Positions 20,649 to 30,212 of a stretch of DNA of 64,000 bases are shown one piece after another; position 1 is the first letter of the stretch, and every line of letters starts with the position of its first letter. The translations under genes and the position numbers were made by a program. Origin of the DNA: an uncultured Gemmatimonadales bacterium (GTDB lineage Bacteria > Gemmatimonadota > Gemmatimonadetes > Gemmatimonadales > GWC2-71-9); NCBI GenBank assembly GCA_963840165.1, contig CAWIXT010000001.1, positions 10,653-74,652 on the forward strand. Direction: 5' to 3'. A model generated the notes under the pieces. The model was not told the origin of the DNA. It searched no databases and was given only the letters and a program-made list of their open reading frames with translations.

Positions 20649-21116
20649 ATGGTCGACACATTCGGCTCAATTCTGATTGGTGGGGTGGCCGGCCTGGTCT
20701 CGGCGCTGCTGACCCAGTTCTCGACCCGAGCCAAGATCCGGCTGGACCTTGCGGCCGAGTACGACAAGCAACTCCAGGAAAGCCGTCTGGCGGCGTACAA
20801 AGAGCTTTGGGCCATGCTCGAGCCGCTCGCTCGCTTCGGACGTAAGGGCCCGGTCACTCCGGCCGTGCTGCAGGAAATTTCAGACAAGACCCGGGCCTGG
20901 TACTTCCACACCGGCGGGATCTATCTGACTCAGCGCAGCCGGGAGCCGTATTTCGCCTGGAAGAAGTTGATGCAGCCACTCCTGGAAAGTGGAGCAGTCA
21001 AGCAACCCAATACCCCCGTCCCGGACCCGAAGCTGGACTCGATCATCGAAGCCGCCAGCACGCTCCGAACGGCACTCTCGGATGACATCGGAACCAAGCG
21101 CCTCGCTCGAGTCTAA
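20649..21116 (+). CDS. Hypothetical protein with N-terminal TM helix
   Basis: GGAGG RBS; ILIGGVAGLVSALL hydrophobic segment followed by a helical domain. Confidence 0.7.
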   Translation: MVDTFGSILIGGVAGLVSALLTQFSTRAKIRLDLAAEYDKQLQESRLAAYKELWAMLEPLARFGRKGPVTPAVLQEISDKTRAWYFHTGGIYLTQRSREPYFAWKKLMQPLLESGAVKQPNTPVPDPKLDSIIEAASTLRTALSDDIGTKRLARV

Positions 21117-22128
21117 AAGCGACAGCAGGATAGAGCGCCTCCGCCGAACCCAGGCACTCGGCAAGCTGATTGGAGAAGCACCCGCTTTCGTGCAGGCGAT
21201 CGCGCCGCTTCCAATGGTAGCCCGCTGCTCGGCGCCGGCGCTGCTAACGGGCGAAACCGGAACCGGCAAGGAGCTGGTGGCCCGGGCCATTCACTACCTG
21301 AGCAGCCGCGCGGCCAAGCCGTTCGTCCCGGTGAACTGCGGCTCACTCCCTGATACGCTGCTCGAAGGCGAGCTCTTTGGACACGAGCGCGGCGCCTATA
21401 CCGATGCCCGGAGCCGCAGGGTCGGCCTCATCGCCCAGGCGGAAGGCGGCACCCTCTTTCTGGACGAGATCGACAGCCTCACCCCCCGCGCGCAGGTCGC
21501 CGTTCTCCGGGTGATCCAGGACAACATCGTTCGTCCTCTCGGCTCGAGCGTGGAGCAGCGGGTTGATGTCCGGTTCATCGCGGCAACCAACCTCGAGTTG
21601 ACTGACTTGGTGCACCGCGGGGCCTTCCGGGAGGATCTGTACTACCGGCTCTGCGTACTGCTCGTGTGCCTGCCGCCGCTCCGGCAGCGCACCGCCGATA
21701 TCCTGCTCCTGGCACGTCACTTCCTCCAGAAGCACGCGCTGCGCGACCGGGTGACGCCTCGGCTGGCGCCGGAAACCGAGGTGGCCCTCCTGCATCATGA
21801 CTGGCCCGGCAACGTGCGCGAGCTCGAGAACGCCATCATCCGGGGGATCAATCTCGCGGAAGACGATTGCATCGCCCCGCTCGATGTCGGGCTCCCGGGA
21901 ACCCGGCAGGATGAATCCATCGCGGCCTCGGCTCCCCGCCGATCCTTCCAGGCAGAAAAGAAGCACGTGGTGGCTTCGTTCGAGCGCCAGTATCTGAGGA
22001 CACTCTTGTCCGACCACCGCGGGAACGTGAGCCACGCCGCACGCACCGCCGGTAAGGAGCGTCGAGAGCTTGGGCGCCTGCTCAAGAAGCATCAGATCGA
22101 TCCCCGGGACTTCCTGACTCCAGTGTGA
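21082..22128 (+). CDS. Sigma54-dependent activator (AAA+ plus Fis-type HTH), no sensory domain
   Basis: GETGTGKE, VNCG, ELFGHERGAYTDA, LFLDEI, FREDLYYRL, WPGNVRELEN, GNVSHAARTAG; start uncertain. Confidence 0.92.
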   Translation: MTSEPSASLESKSDSRIERLRRTQALGKLIGEAPAFVQAIAPLPMVARCSAPALLTGETGTGKELVARAIHYLSSRAAKPFVPVNCGSLPDTLLEGELFGHERGAYTDARSRRVGLIAQAEGGTLFLDEIDSLTPRAQVAVLRVIQDNIVRPLGSSVEQRVDVRFIAATNLELTDLVHRGAFREDLYYRLCVLLVCLPPLRQRTADILLLARHFLQKHALRDRVTPRLAPETEVALLHHDWPGNVRELENAIIRGINLAEDDCIAPLDVGLPGTRQDESIAASAPRRSFQAEKKHVVASFERQYLRTLLSDHRGNVSHAARTAGKERRELGRLLKKHQIDPRDFLTPV

Positions 22129-22149
22129 ACTTCACGGGCCCGCGGCGGA

Positions 22150-22197
22150 GTGGGTGCGCAACCTCCCACCCGGGTGATTCGCCACCCACCGCCCCAA
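22150..22197. promoter_or_regulatory. Paired inverted repeats, candidate activator-binding sites
   Basis: GTGGG-N10-CCCAC followed by GGGTG-N6-CACCC, about 150 bp upstream of the -24/-12 site. Confidence 0.45.
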
Positions 22198-22336
22198 GCT
22201 CCATTCCCTGCGTCACCTGACGCACATTCCCACCGCTGAGGCTCAGGGTGGAAAAGCTCCCGGTTCAGCATCGGCTCAACCACTTCCGATCTTCCAACCC
22301 GTCATCTCGCATCGACATAGCGTTTTGGTGCTGGGC

Positions 22337-22352
22337 TGGCCTGGAGCATGCT
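22337..22352 (+). promoter_or_regulatory. Sigma54 -24/-12 promoter
   Basis: TGGCCTGGAGCATGCT matches TGGC-N9-GC(T) with exact GG-N10-GC spacing, just upstream of the operon. Confidence 0.7.
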
Positions 22353-22364
22353 ATAGACTCTGCC

Positions 22365-22676
22365 GTGCTCGATCCCAAAATTTCCGATCCCGCTGAAGCG
22401 CTGAGGCAGGCCGAGGATCTCCGCGAGTTGGTCTTGCGGGAACTGGTCCTGCGGTACCTCGCGGAACATCCGGATGCGATGGACACGCTCGATGGGATCG
22501 CAGAATGGTGGGTCACCCGGGAGCAGCTTCGAGTGGACATGCAGCGACTGACCAAGGTGCTCGGCGAGCTGACCCGGAGCGGGATACTGGAAGAGACCGG
22601 CTCCGGCAACGGCCGAATCTACCACCTGGCTACCCGGCCGGATTCCACCTTGAGCAACGGCGGACGGTCCCGGTGA
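22365..22676 (+). CDS. Small winged-helix protein
   Basis: YLAEHPDAMDTLDGIAEWW...LGELTRSGILEE...IYHL; stop overlaps the GTG of the protease (GTGA). Confidence 0.7.
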   Translation: MLDPKISDPAEALRQAEDLRELVLRELVLRYLAEHPDAMDTLDGIAEWWVTREQLRVDMQRLTKVLGELTRSGILEETGSGNGRIYHLATRPDSTLSNGGRSR

Positions 22677-23977
22677 AGCCGCACATCGAGCTGAAGTACC
22701 GGCCCGAGACCAGCGTCCCCTCAGCGCCGTACTGGGAGGCCATCATCCGGGACAAGTCTCTGGCGGTGACGGACACCCATCGCGACGTCGCCCGGGTCCT
22801 GGCCCGCTACGCGCTGCCGGTCTGGGTCACCCAGGCGTACGCTCCGGCCGGCGCGAGCTGGTCGCCCGCCGAGATCGCGAGCGGACTAAACCGGATCTAC
22901 CGGCTGGTGCTCCAGGAGGATCGCACCATTCCCGCAGCGGTTATCCACGAGATCACGCTGTTGCCGGTGATCGAGTATGCCCGGCTCGGCCGGATCGGCT
23001 CGGCTGAGCTGCCGGAGCCCATGCCGGCGCAGATGAGCGCGACCACCGACATGAAATCCCGGCGGGCCATCATGCTGGAGGAGGCCCAGGAGCTCACCCG
23101 GGGCGACCCCGAGATCATCATCGCGGTCCTGGACACCGGCATCGACCTCACCCATCCCGAGCTCGAGGGAACGCTGCTGCCGGGCCGGGACTTCGTGGAC
23201 ATCCTCGACGGCGCCGAGAAGTTCCTGGGCGATTACCTCGGTGCCGACGAGGATCCCAGCGATGAGGTCGGCCACGGGACTCACGTTGCGGGAATCGTGG
23301 CGGCCCGGGGCGACCACATGCCACCCGGGGTGGTGCCCCGCTGCCGGCTGCTCCCGGTACGGGTACTGGGCGCCCTGCGCCAGGGCGAGCGCCGGGTGGG
23401 AGCCGGACTGGTGGACAACATCAATGTCGGGATCAAGTGGGCGGTGGATCAGGGCGCCGACGTGATCAGCATGAGCCTCGGCGTGCGCCACACCGGCGGT
23501 GGTCTGCCCCACCAGGAAGTGGTGGAGTACGCCAGGCGCCGGGGCGTCACCATGGTGGCGGCAGCCGGCAACGACGGCACCGATCAGTTGTACTACCCCG
23601 GAGCGCTGCCCTACGTGATTGCGGTCGGGGCGGAGGACGAGGACGGCCAGGTAGCGCGCTATTCGACCTGGGGCGCCGTCACCTTCATTGCCCCCGGCAC
23701 CAACATCTACAGTACCTACGTCAACCGCGACTACGCGTTCTCCACCGGCACCTCCCATGCCACGCCGTTCGTGGCGGGCGCGGTCGCGATGCTCAAGTCG
23801 TACGCGCGACGGCGCGGGACTACCCGGCTGTCAGATGGACAGATCAAGCACGTCCTCAAGCACACGGCCGACAAAGTGGATCGGTCGTTTCGCAGCAAGA
23901 AGGCCGGCTTCGGCCGGCTCAACCTGTTCGACGCCCTGCGCCTGCTCGACTACAAGCTCGCGCACACATCTAACTGA
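22673..23977 (+). CDS. S8 subtilisin-family serine protease, no signal peptide
   Basis: Catalytic triad VLDTG / HGTHVAG / GTSHATP; oxyanion AAAGN. Confidence 0.93.
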   Translation: MKPHIELKYRPETSVPSAPYWEAIIRDKSLAVTDTHRDVARVLARYALPVWVTQAYAPAGASWSPAEIASGLNRIYRLVLQEDRTIPAAVIHEITLLPVIEYARLGRIGSAELPEPMPAQMSATTDMKSRRAIMLEEAQELTRGDPEIIIAVLDTGIDLTHPELEGTLLPGRDFVDILDGAEKFLGDYLGADEDPSDEVGHGTHVAGIVAARGDHMPPGVVPRCRLLPVRVLGALRQGERRVGAGLVDNINVGIKWAVDQGADVISMSLGVRHTGGGLPHQEVVEYARRRGVTMVAAAGNDGTDQLYYPGALPYVIAVGAEDEDGQVARYSTWGAVTFIAPGTNIYSTYVNRDYAFSTGTSHATPFVAGAVAMLKSYARRRGTTRLSDGQIKHVLKHTADKVDRSFRSKKAGFGRLNLFDALRLLDYKLAHTSN

Positions 23978-23990
23978 CGGAGTGTAGGCG

Positions 23991-25874
23991 ATGGCACGCG
24001 AAAACAAGCCTCCGACGCCTCCAGGCGGAAAAGACAACCCGCCCGCCAATTCTGGGAGTGAGAAGGACAGTTACGGCGTGGCCACCGACTCCCCCGACTC
24101 CACCACGCGAGGCAACAAACCACCCGGAGGTTACATGCCCCCCGACGATCTGATCGAATTCCTTGGGACGTCCCGGCTCGAGATCCCGTTGGGGACACTG
24201 GCCGGCACCCGGCGTCGCCAAAAAGACATCCTGGTGCTTCCGGAACCTCGTCCCGAGCCGACGGGAATTGTCTCGCAGGCCCGCCAGGAGACCCAGGAAA
24301 AGTTCGGCGGCACTGAGAGTGTGAGCCAGGTGCGTGAGTTGCTGGAGGGCAGCGGGAACACCGAGCACGTGGCCAAGGTCACCGCCAAGCTGGAGTCCGC
24401 AGGGCTGGACCGGACCGAGCGACTCCTGCTCTCGGTCCCCGGGGTCTATGCCACGCTGATCGGCCAGGCTCTGGAGTTGTCCAAGGCGAACAAGTTCGAT
24501 CTGACCGACACCAGTGGACTGCTGCAGTTTGTCCGCCGAAGGCTCTCGGACAAGAGCCCTGAGAGTCCCCGCAATTACTTCACGGGGAAGCTGCTGGAGA
24601 AGGTGCTGGACAAGCAGGCGCCGATCCAGGATTCCTTGCGCGCTCTCATCCTGGATGAGCTGAGACAACAGGATCTGCCGTCCCAGGGTGACCGGGCAGA
24701 GAAGACGATCGAGGACGTGGTGGACCAGTTCCGCGAACGGGGAAACCTCGCGGCAGCGGTCAGAATGTACGCATTGAGGAAAGAGATCGAGCCGGCCCGC
24801 TTTACCCAGCTGGTGCAGCAGCGGATGGTGGATCACCTCAAGAAGCTCGGGATCATCGATTTCACGCCGGCGAAGATCAACTCCGGAGAGTACGACGAGT
24901 ACCTCGCGCTGGCGTACCAGCAGGCCATAACCGGCGGAAACGGTTCCAGTGCGGACCCCATTGATGCCGTGCGGCACAAGGGAGCCGTGGTGGACTGGAA
25001 CTTCGCGGTGGATACCTTCGACACGGTCGAGGAGCAGGGAATCATCCCGCAGAACATCCTCGCCGCCGGCGCGCTGGACTACATCTACGAGCTGGGCGAG
25101 CGGCTGGGGGTCTTCCGCCTGGCCGACGCTGTGGTCCTTCGCTGGGGCAGCGGCAGCATCGATCTCGACCCCGGCGAGACTCCGGCCAAGCTCTATCGCT
25201 ACTGGAAGCTGCGCTCGGAGCGGACCTCGCCCGAAGAGCGGGCCATGCTGTACACCCGGGTCCTCAACAAGGGCAACGGGGAGATGCTGGAGGGGATGGT
25301 TGCCAACGAGGCCTTCCCCGAGCTGTGGGGCACGCTGATGACCGTGGTGACCGAATACATCCAGCGGGTCGAGGAGAAGAAGAGCGAGGACCAGAGCGTC
25401 TCCAAGCAGAAGATCTACCAGGCCACCCGGCAGCTGCAGTACAACCTGACCGAGTTCACCACCGGCATGGCCCAGATGCAGATCAGCGAGATGTACCACC
25501 ATCTGCAGGAGGCGCGGGGGATTCTGGAGGATCCGCAGGTCATGGACTACTTCGGCAGCGGCCGGCGGAAGACCATCTGGACGGTGATCGAACGGGCCTC
25601 GAAGGAGTGGTTCGACTACTCGCCCAACATCGCCGCCATCCGCGATGCCGCGGTGCAGGGCAACAAGGTCTTCCAGTGGATCGCCAACTTCGACCAGACC
25701 ACGGTGAACGAAGCCGACTTCCTGGAGTTCAAGGACGCGGCCGAAGCCTGGATCCTGGCCAGCGGCATCGACACCAGCCAGGAGCCGGAGCCGGGCGGGG
25801 ATGAAGACAAGACCGAGGATGACAGCGAGAAGATCACGATCAAGGACGACTTCGACAGCGACTGGGACGCGTGA
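23991..25874 (+). CDS. Uncharacterised alpha-helical protein (627 aa)
   Basis: Long ORF with strong codon bias; acidic C-terminal tail; within the operon. Confidence 0.85.
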   Translation: MARENKPPTPPGGKDNPPANSGSEKDSYGVATDSPDSTTRGNKPPGGYMPPDDLIEFLGTSRLEIPLGTLAGTRRRQKDILVLPEPRPEPTGIVSQARQETQEKFGGTESVSQVRELLEGSGNTEHVAKVTAKLESAGLDRTERLLLSVPGVYATLIGQALELSKANKFDLTDTSGLLQFVRRRLSDKSPESPRNYFTGKLLEKVLDKQAPIQDSLRALILDELRQQDLPSQGDRAEKTIEDVVDQFRERGNLAAAVRMYALRKEIEPARFTQLVQQRMVDHLKKLGIIDFTPAKINSGEYDEYLALAYQQAITGGNGSSADPIDAVRHKGAVVDWNFAVDTFDTVEEQGIIPQNILAAGALDYIYELGERLGVFRLADAVVLRWGSGSIDLDPGETPAKLYRYWKLRSERTSPEERAMLYTRVLNKGNGEMLEGMVANEAFPELWGTLMTVVTEYIQRVEEKKSEDQSVSKQKIYQATRQLQYNLTEFTTGMAQMQISEMYHHLQEARGILEDPQVMDYFGSGRRKTIWTVIERASKEWFDYSPNIAAIRDAAVQGNKVFQWIANFDQTTVNEADFLEFKDAAEAWILASGIDTSQEPEPGGDEDKTEDDSEKITIKDDFDSDWDA

Positions 25875-25895
25875 GCCCTCAGCTAAGGAGATAGA

Positions 25896-26975
25896 GTGAC
25901 AATGCTCAGTTCTCAGGAGCTTTCTACCGCCGCTCGGGTCGCGACCCAGCGCGTGCTGGGCGACCTGCCCGGTTTCCAGCGGATGACCCGCCCGGAGCAG
26001 CTGGAGCTGTATAAACAGATGGTCGCGGAAAAGACCGCCGAGCTGGCCCGGCAGCGGTCCGGCAACGGAGGAGTAGCCGGCGCCCTGGCGAAGAAGGGGG
26101 AGCCCCAGAAGGCGGGTGACCTGGTTGACGTCGAGCGCCACCGAAACAAGCGCATCGAGCAGGCCGGTGAGCTGGCCGGCGAGTTCGTGGATAGCGTTGA
26201 CTTTCCCAAGTTTGTTCGGGACCTGCTCAAGGGCGTCTTCGATGCCAATCTGCAGGTGACGCTGCAGCAGATGCAGGCCTACCAGAACCTGCTCAAGACC
26301 GCCACCCAGTCGCTGTCGAAGTTCGTCTCCCAGATCGACGATGCCGGCGCGTTCGGCTATCTGGCCGAGAACGAGCCCGACACCTTTACCATGTCGTTCG
26401 ACGACGAGGACAAGGACGACGCGGGGAACGCGAAGCCGATTCTGGTGGACAAGGAAGGCACCAAGCTCGACCTGGGCGACAACGAAGTGAAGGCCAAGGT
26501 CATGGACGCGAAGCTGGCCATGGCGAGGGAACAGCGCGCGCTGCTGCGGGAGACGATCCTCATGGGGATCACCCGGCTGGTGGTGCAGAAGGGCATCGTC
26601 AAGGCCTCGGTGCTGTTCGACATCAAGGCCTCGGAGAAGATCGATCTACAGGACAAGGCCGCCATCCAGCACCAGCGGGCCTCCGGCAGCTCGGTGGGCC
26701 ACGGCACCGGACCGGTTGCCTCGTTTTTCGGGGGATCGGTGTCGGCGAGCCATACCAGCCAGGAGCGGCGGACCCAGATCAGCATCTCTTCGGCCAAGAG
26801 CACGTCCACCACCGATCTCTCGGCGAAGTTGGCGGGAAGCGTAGAAATAAATTTTCTGTCGGACTACTTCAAACTTGACAACTTCATGACCATGTACGGC
26901 CCGGTGGCCGAACCTGGAGCGGCGAGGCCGCCCGCCGCCGCGCCCCAGCTGGCACCGGCTCCGGCCAAGGTGTAA
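25896..26975 (+). CDS. Uncharacterised protein (359 aa) with helical core and long Ser/Thr/Gly-rich beta segment
   Basis: AAGGAG RBS; VDFPKFVRDLLKGVFDA...QQMQAY...GSVEINFLSDYF. Confidence 0.85.
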   Translation: MTMLSSQELSTAARVATQRVLGDLPGFQRMTRPEQLELYKQMVAEKTAELARQRSGNGGVAGALAKKGEPQKAGDLVDVERHRNKRIEQAGELAGEFVDSVDFPKFVRDLLKGVFDANLQVTLQQMQAYQNLLKTATQSLSKFVSQIDDAGAFGYLAENEPDTFTMSFDDEDKDDAGNAKPILVDKEGTKLDLGDNEVKAKVMDAKLAMAREQRALLRETILMGITRLVVQKGIVKASVLFDIKASEKIDLQDKAAIQHQRASGSSVGHGTGPVASFFGGSVSASHTSQERRTQISISSAKSTSTTDLSAKLAGSVEINFLSDYFKLDNFMTMYGPVAEPGAARPPAAAPQLAPAPAKV

Positions 26976-26978
26976 CCC

Positions 26979-28949
26979 ATGGCGCTGGCGCTCTTCCGGC
27001 TCGGCGGTCGGGAGGGCGATCGACTGCAATTCGAGATTCAGCTGGGGAGGAACCGGTACTACTCCTATGCTATCGGCGACGGCGAGGTGGACCGAACTCA
27101 CGGGTTCGGAGTGCTGCTCAACCGGAAGTTCAGCTCTCCCGTATTCGGTCCCATTCCCGATCACCCCACCGGGCGAGGAGCAGTGGAGATCCCGGTCGAG
27201 CAGTTCGATCGAATCAACCGATTCGTGCAGTTGGCGAGCTTTCGGACTCCGGCTTTGGAAGGTCCGGCGATCTCCGACATCACCGCGGTATCCCTGGGGA
27301 CGATCTCCAGTGGTGGTGACAGCTTCCCCACCCTCGCGTTTGCAACGGGGTCAGACATGACAGCAACAACCCAGCGGCGGCCGGTGCGATTCGCCTATGC
27401 CGAGTCCAGGCCCGAGAGCTCGGCGATGTTCCTCGGGGCTCTGCTGCCGATCATCCAGAATGCTCTGCCGATAGTCAAGGATCTGCTGCCGGTGGTGGGA
27501 AAGCTCTTCGGCGGCGGCGGCGGCGGTGGAGGAACCGCGGTGGCGACCCAGCCCGCCATGCAGGTGGACCAGATACTTGGTCTGCTGCAGAAGTTCCTGG
27601 CGGAGGTGGCGGGAGGCAAGCAGGTTGCTGGCGGAAAGTCGCTCGCCCTGGGGATGGACTACTCCCGGGCTCAGAACCCCGCCCTACTGGCGGCTGCTCC
27701 AATGCTGCAGCAGCTGATGCCGCTGCTCCAGCAGGTCCTCACTCCCGAGACCGTAAAGGCCATCGTGGACTCGGTCTCGCCGGCCAAGGTCATCGGAGCG
27801 GTCAAGGAAAGCCTGATGGAGGTGGGCAAGCTGGGCCTGGAGAACAACAAGGAGCTGAATCGCTTCATCAAGGACATGGCTCCAAGCCTGGAAGACCCCG
27901 CGCTCAACAGCCTGCTCGCGTCGATGTCGGTGCGGCCCGCGAACGGTGCAAGGCTCAGCCGTGCCGCCGGTGCAACCGACCCAGCGCGGGGGCCGCGCTA
28001 TCGCCGACTCCCCACGGTTACGCTGGACTTCACCGGAGTCGAGCCGCAGCTGGTCGGCGGTCGCACCCGGATCTGCTACCGCCATGGCGGGGCGCTGGCG
28101 TTTCCGCTGAGCGTTACCACTCCCCGTCCCATCCACGATGCCAGGCTGGTGCTGCTGGTCAAGAAGCCCGAAACCGGCGAGATCCTCGTGCGGCAACGGG
28201 TCCCGGTGCCCGAGGCGACCGGTGGCGCGCTGAGCCCCACCGTCACCCTCTCCCCGGAGCAGGTACGCGCGCTCCAACCGGGAGAGGAATACCTGGTCTG
28301 CGTCTACCTGTTGTGGCGCAACAAGGCCAAACAGGTGGTGGGCACCAGCCGCTCGCAGCTGATCACGCTGGTGGGCCGGTACAGCCTCGACCGGGTGGAG
28401 GACGATGGTAGTCTGATCCCGCTTAACGACACGGTCAAGCACCGCGACTACTGGCACAAGATCTGGCAGGGGAGCTTCACCGACGATTTCCGGCGGGCGG
28501 TCTTCGAGTGCAAGTACTACGTCGTGCTGGAGCCCGGGCGAACCTCTCACGCCCGGATGGAGACGCAGACCAGGTCGGATAAACCGGCGGAACGAAAGCT
28601 GGAGGCAAGGCTCAAGGCCGGGTTCATCGCCAGTCCGGAGGGCCTCAACCGGCTGATCCCGCAGGTGTCGAGCTACCCCGCACTCAACGAGGACGAGCTG
28701 GCAGCGCTGCGCTCACCTGACTTCGTAGCCCGGTTCCATCAGGCGGCGCGGTTCAAGGCCAATCTGCACGGCCGGCCCGGTGCCAGTGCTGCGCTCTGGG
28801 TCTATCCCGAGATCAAGCTGCAGAAGGTGATCCTCTACGAGGCATCCAGGGTCAGCGATGCCGGGCAGGTTCAGCAGTTCGCCGAGCACGCCGTGCACGT
28901 GCCGGTGCCGGCGGTGCTTCACTATATCGGCGCGAGGAGCACGTCATGA
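26979..28949 (+). CDS. Uncharacterised protein (656 aa) with central amphipathic/hydrophobic helices
   Basis: FLGALLPIIQNALPIVKDLLPVVGKLFGGG segment; coupled to neighbouring genes. Confidence 0.85.
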   Translation: MALALFRLGGREGDRLQFEIQLGRNRYYSYAIGDGEVDRTHGFGVLLNRKFSSPVFGPIPDHPTGRGAVEIPVEQFDRINRFVQLASFRTPALEGPAISDITAVSLGTISSGGDSFPTLAFATGSDMTATTQRRPVRFAYAESRPESSAMFLGALLPIIQNALPIVKDLLPVVGKLFGGGGGGGGTAVATQPAMQVDQILGLLQKFLAEVAGGKQVAGGKSLALGMDYSRAQNPALLAAAPMLQQLMPLLQQVLTPETVKAIVDSVSPAKVIGAVKESLMEVGKLGLENNKELNRFIKDMAPSLEDPALNSLLASMSVRPANGARLSRAAGATDPARGPRYRRLPTVTLDFTGVEPQLVGGRTRICYRHGGALAFPLSVTTPRPIHDARLVLLVKKPETGEILVRQRVPVPEATGGALSPTVTLSPEQVRALQPGEEYLVCVYLLWRNKAKQVVGTSRSQLITLVGRYSLDRVEDDGSLIPLNDTVKHRDYWHKIWQGSFTDDFRRAVFECKYYVVLEPGRTSHARMETQTRSDKPAERKLEARLKAGFIASPEGLNRLIPQVSSYPALNEDELAALRSPDFVARFHQAARFKANLHGRPGASAALWVYPEIKLQKVILYEASRVSDAGQVQQFAEHAVHVPVPAVLHYIGARSTS

Positions 28950-29152
28950 GTGGATCGGCCAGCGCATTCCCCGTGTTCGCGACCGCGTACGAGCTGACGA
29001 CCGACGGATCGCCGGCGATCATGCTGGACGGAATGGAGGTCCTGTTCGACAAGACCGCGGGCTTCTACCCGGTCCGGATCGAGCCGAAGCCGGAGCCAGC
29101 CGCGAACGGACAGCCGAAAAATGGAAAGAGTGGGAATGGCAACGATCGATGA
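28946..29152 (+). CDS. Small hypothetical protein (68 aa)
   Basis: ATGA overlap with the previous gene, AGGAG RBS. Confidence 0.6.
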   Translation: MSGSASAFPVFATAYELTTDGSPAIMLDGMEVLFDKTAGFYPVRIEPKPEPAANGQPKNGKSGNGNDR

Positions 29153-29462
29153 TGACGATGCCCCCTTCGAGGACGACCGGTTCGTAGAGGCGCTACCCCC
29201 CTTTGCCGACGTGGTCACCGGTATTGTGGCCCTGGAGCCCGATGAAAGCTCCAGCGGCGGCCTCGATATCGAGTTGCTCCGGGTATCCCTGCCGGTTGAG
29301 CTCGAGATCCGCCTCGATGAGACCGGGGCGCTGCAGGTAGGAGGAGCGCCGCCGCTGTTCCGCACCCGGACCGCGTTCACTCCGGTTTATCACCAGCTGA
29401 CTCTGCGCATCGTCGGCACCGTCGGCACTGACCAGGCAGAGGAGCAAGGTGGCGCCTCCTAA
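29136..29462 (+). CDS. Small beta-rich hypothetical protein
   Basis: Overlaps both neighbours; LRVSLPVELEI...GGAPP...TPVYHQLTLRI. Confidence 0.65.
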   Translation: MATIDDDDAPFEDDRFVEALPPFADVVTGIVALEPDESSSGGLDIELLRVSLPVELEIRLDETGALQVGGAPPLFRTRTAFTPVYHQLTLRIVGTVGTDQAEEQGGAS

Positions 29463-30201
29463 GCGACAGGGCAGCACCTGGAGTCTGAACTCCTTTCTGG
29501 ACTCCCTGATCCTGGAGTTGGACCGGGCCCAGGACACTCTGGCGCTCAAGGGAGTGAACCGGCGGCTGACCTACACGGTGGAGAACCTGGCGCTGGAGCT
29601 GCACCTGTTTCCCGAGTTCGACGGGGGCGAGATCCGCTTCGCCACCGCCCGTCCCGGCGAGACCGGGGCGGCCAAGATCTCGTTCAACCTGGGATCCATT
29701 TCTGACCGGCAGATCCGGGAAGTCACCCGGGAGCCGTTGACGCCCGATGATGTGGCCCTCACTGACGTGGAAGGCCTGGATGAGGAGGCCAAGAGCACGT
29801 TGAGAAAGATCGGAGTCACCTCCGCGAAGGATCTAGAGCGTATGGAGCAGAAGAACGTCGATCTCACCAAGGTGAGCGGGAACAAGGTGGACTACAACAA
29901 ACTGGCCAATGTGATCAAGCGGGCGAAGCGGCGAATGAACGCGCCCACCGTGGTGAAGGCGAGTCTCTCCCAGGAGGCGGACGGCCGGCAGGTGCTGGCA
30001 GTCCAAGGCAGCAACCTGTCCATGGCCGCGGCCGGTGACTTCCCGCTCGCCTTCCTGAACGACGAACCGGTCGAGGTGCTGTCGGCATCGAGCGGAGAGC
30101 TGCGGCTGGGAGTAACCCCGCAGCAGGTCCGCGGGCCGCACAATGAGCTGCGGGTACTGCTCGATCCCTTTGCCGTCATGACAATGGAGCTCAAGGCTTA
30201 A
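29449..30201 (+). CDS. Hypothetical protein: helix/beta N-domain, helix-hairpin-helix, Ig/IPT-like C-domain
   Basis: AGGAG RBS; LTDVEGLDEEAKSTLRKIGVTSAKDL HhH-like motif. Confidence 0.75.
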   Translation: MAPPKRQGSTWSLNSFLDSLILELDRAQDTLALKGVNRRLTYTVENLALELHLFPEFDGGEIRFATARPGETGAAKISFNLGSISDRQIREVTREPLTPDDVALTDVEGLDEEAKSTLRKIGVTSAKDLERMEQKNVDLTKVSGNKVDYNKLANVIKRAKRRMNAPTVVKASLSQEADGRQVLAVQGSNLSMAAAGDFPLAFLNDEPVEVLSASSGELRLGVTPQQVRGPHNELRVLLDPFAVMTMELKA

Positions 30202-30212
30202 CGAGGTGGACC

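Noticed and set aside
16489-26141. Long antisense ORFs (e.g. 16489-18441, 23970-26141; similarly 32228-33607, 48793-50082, 53637-55097, 57460-58887)
   Set aside because: Shadow frames of GC-rich genes with better-supported products on the opposite strand.
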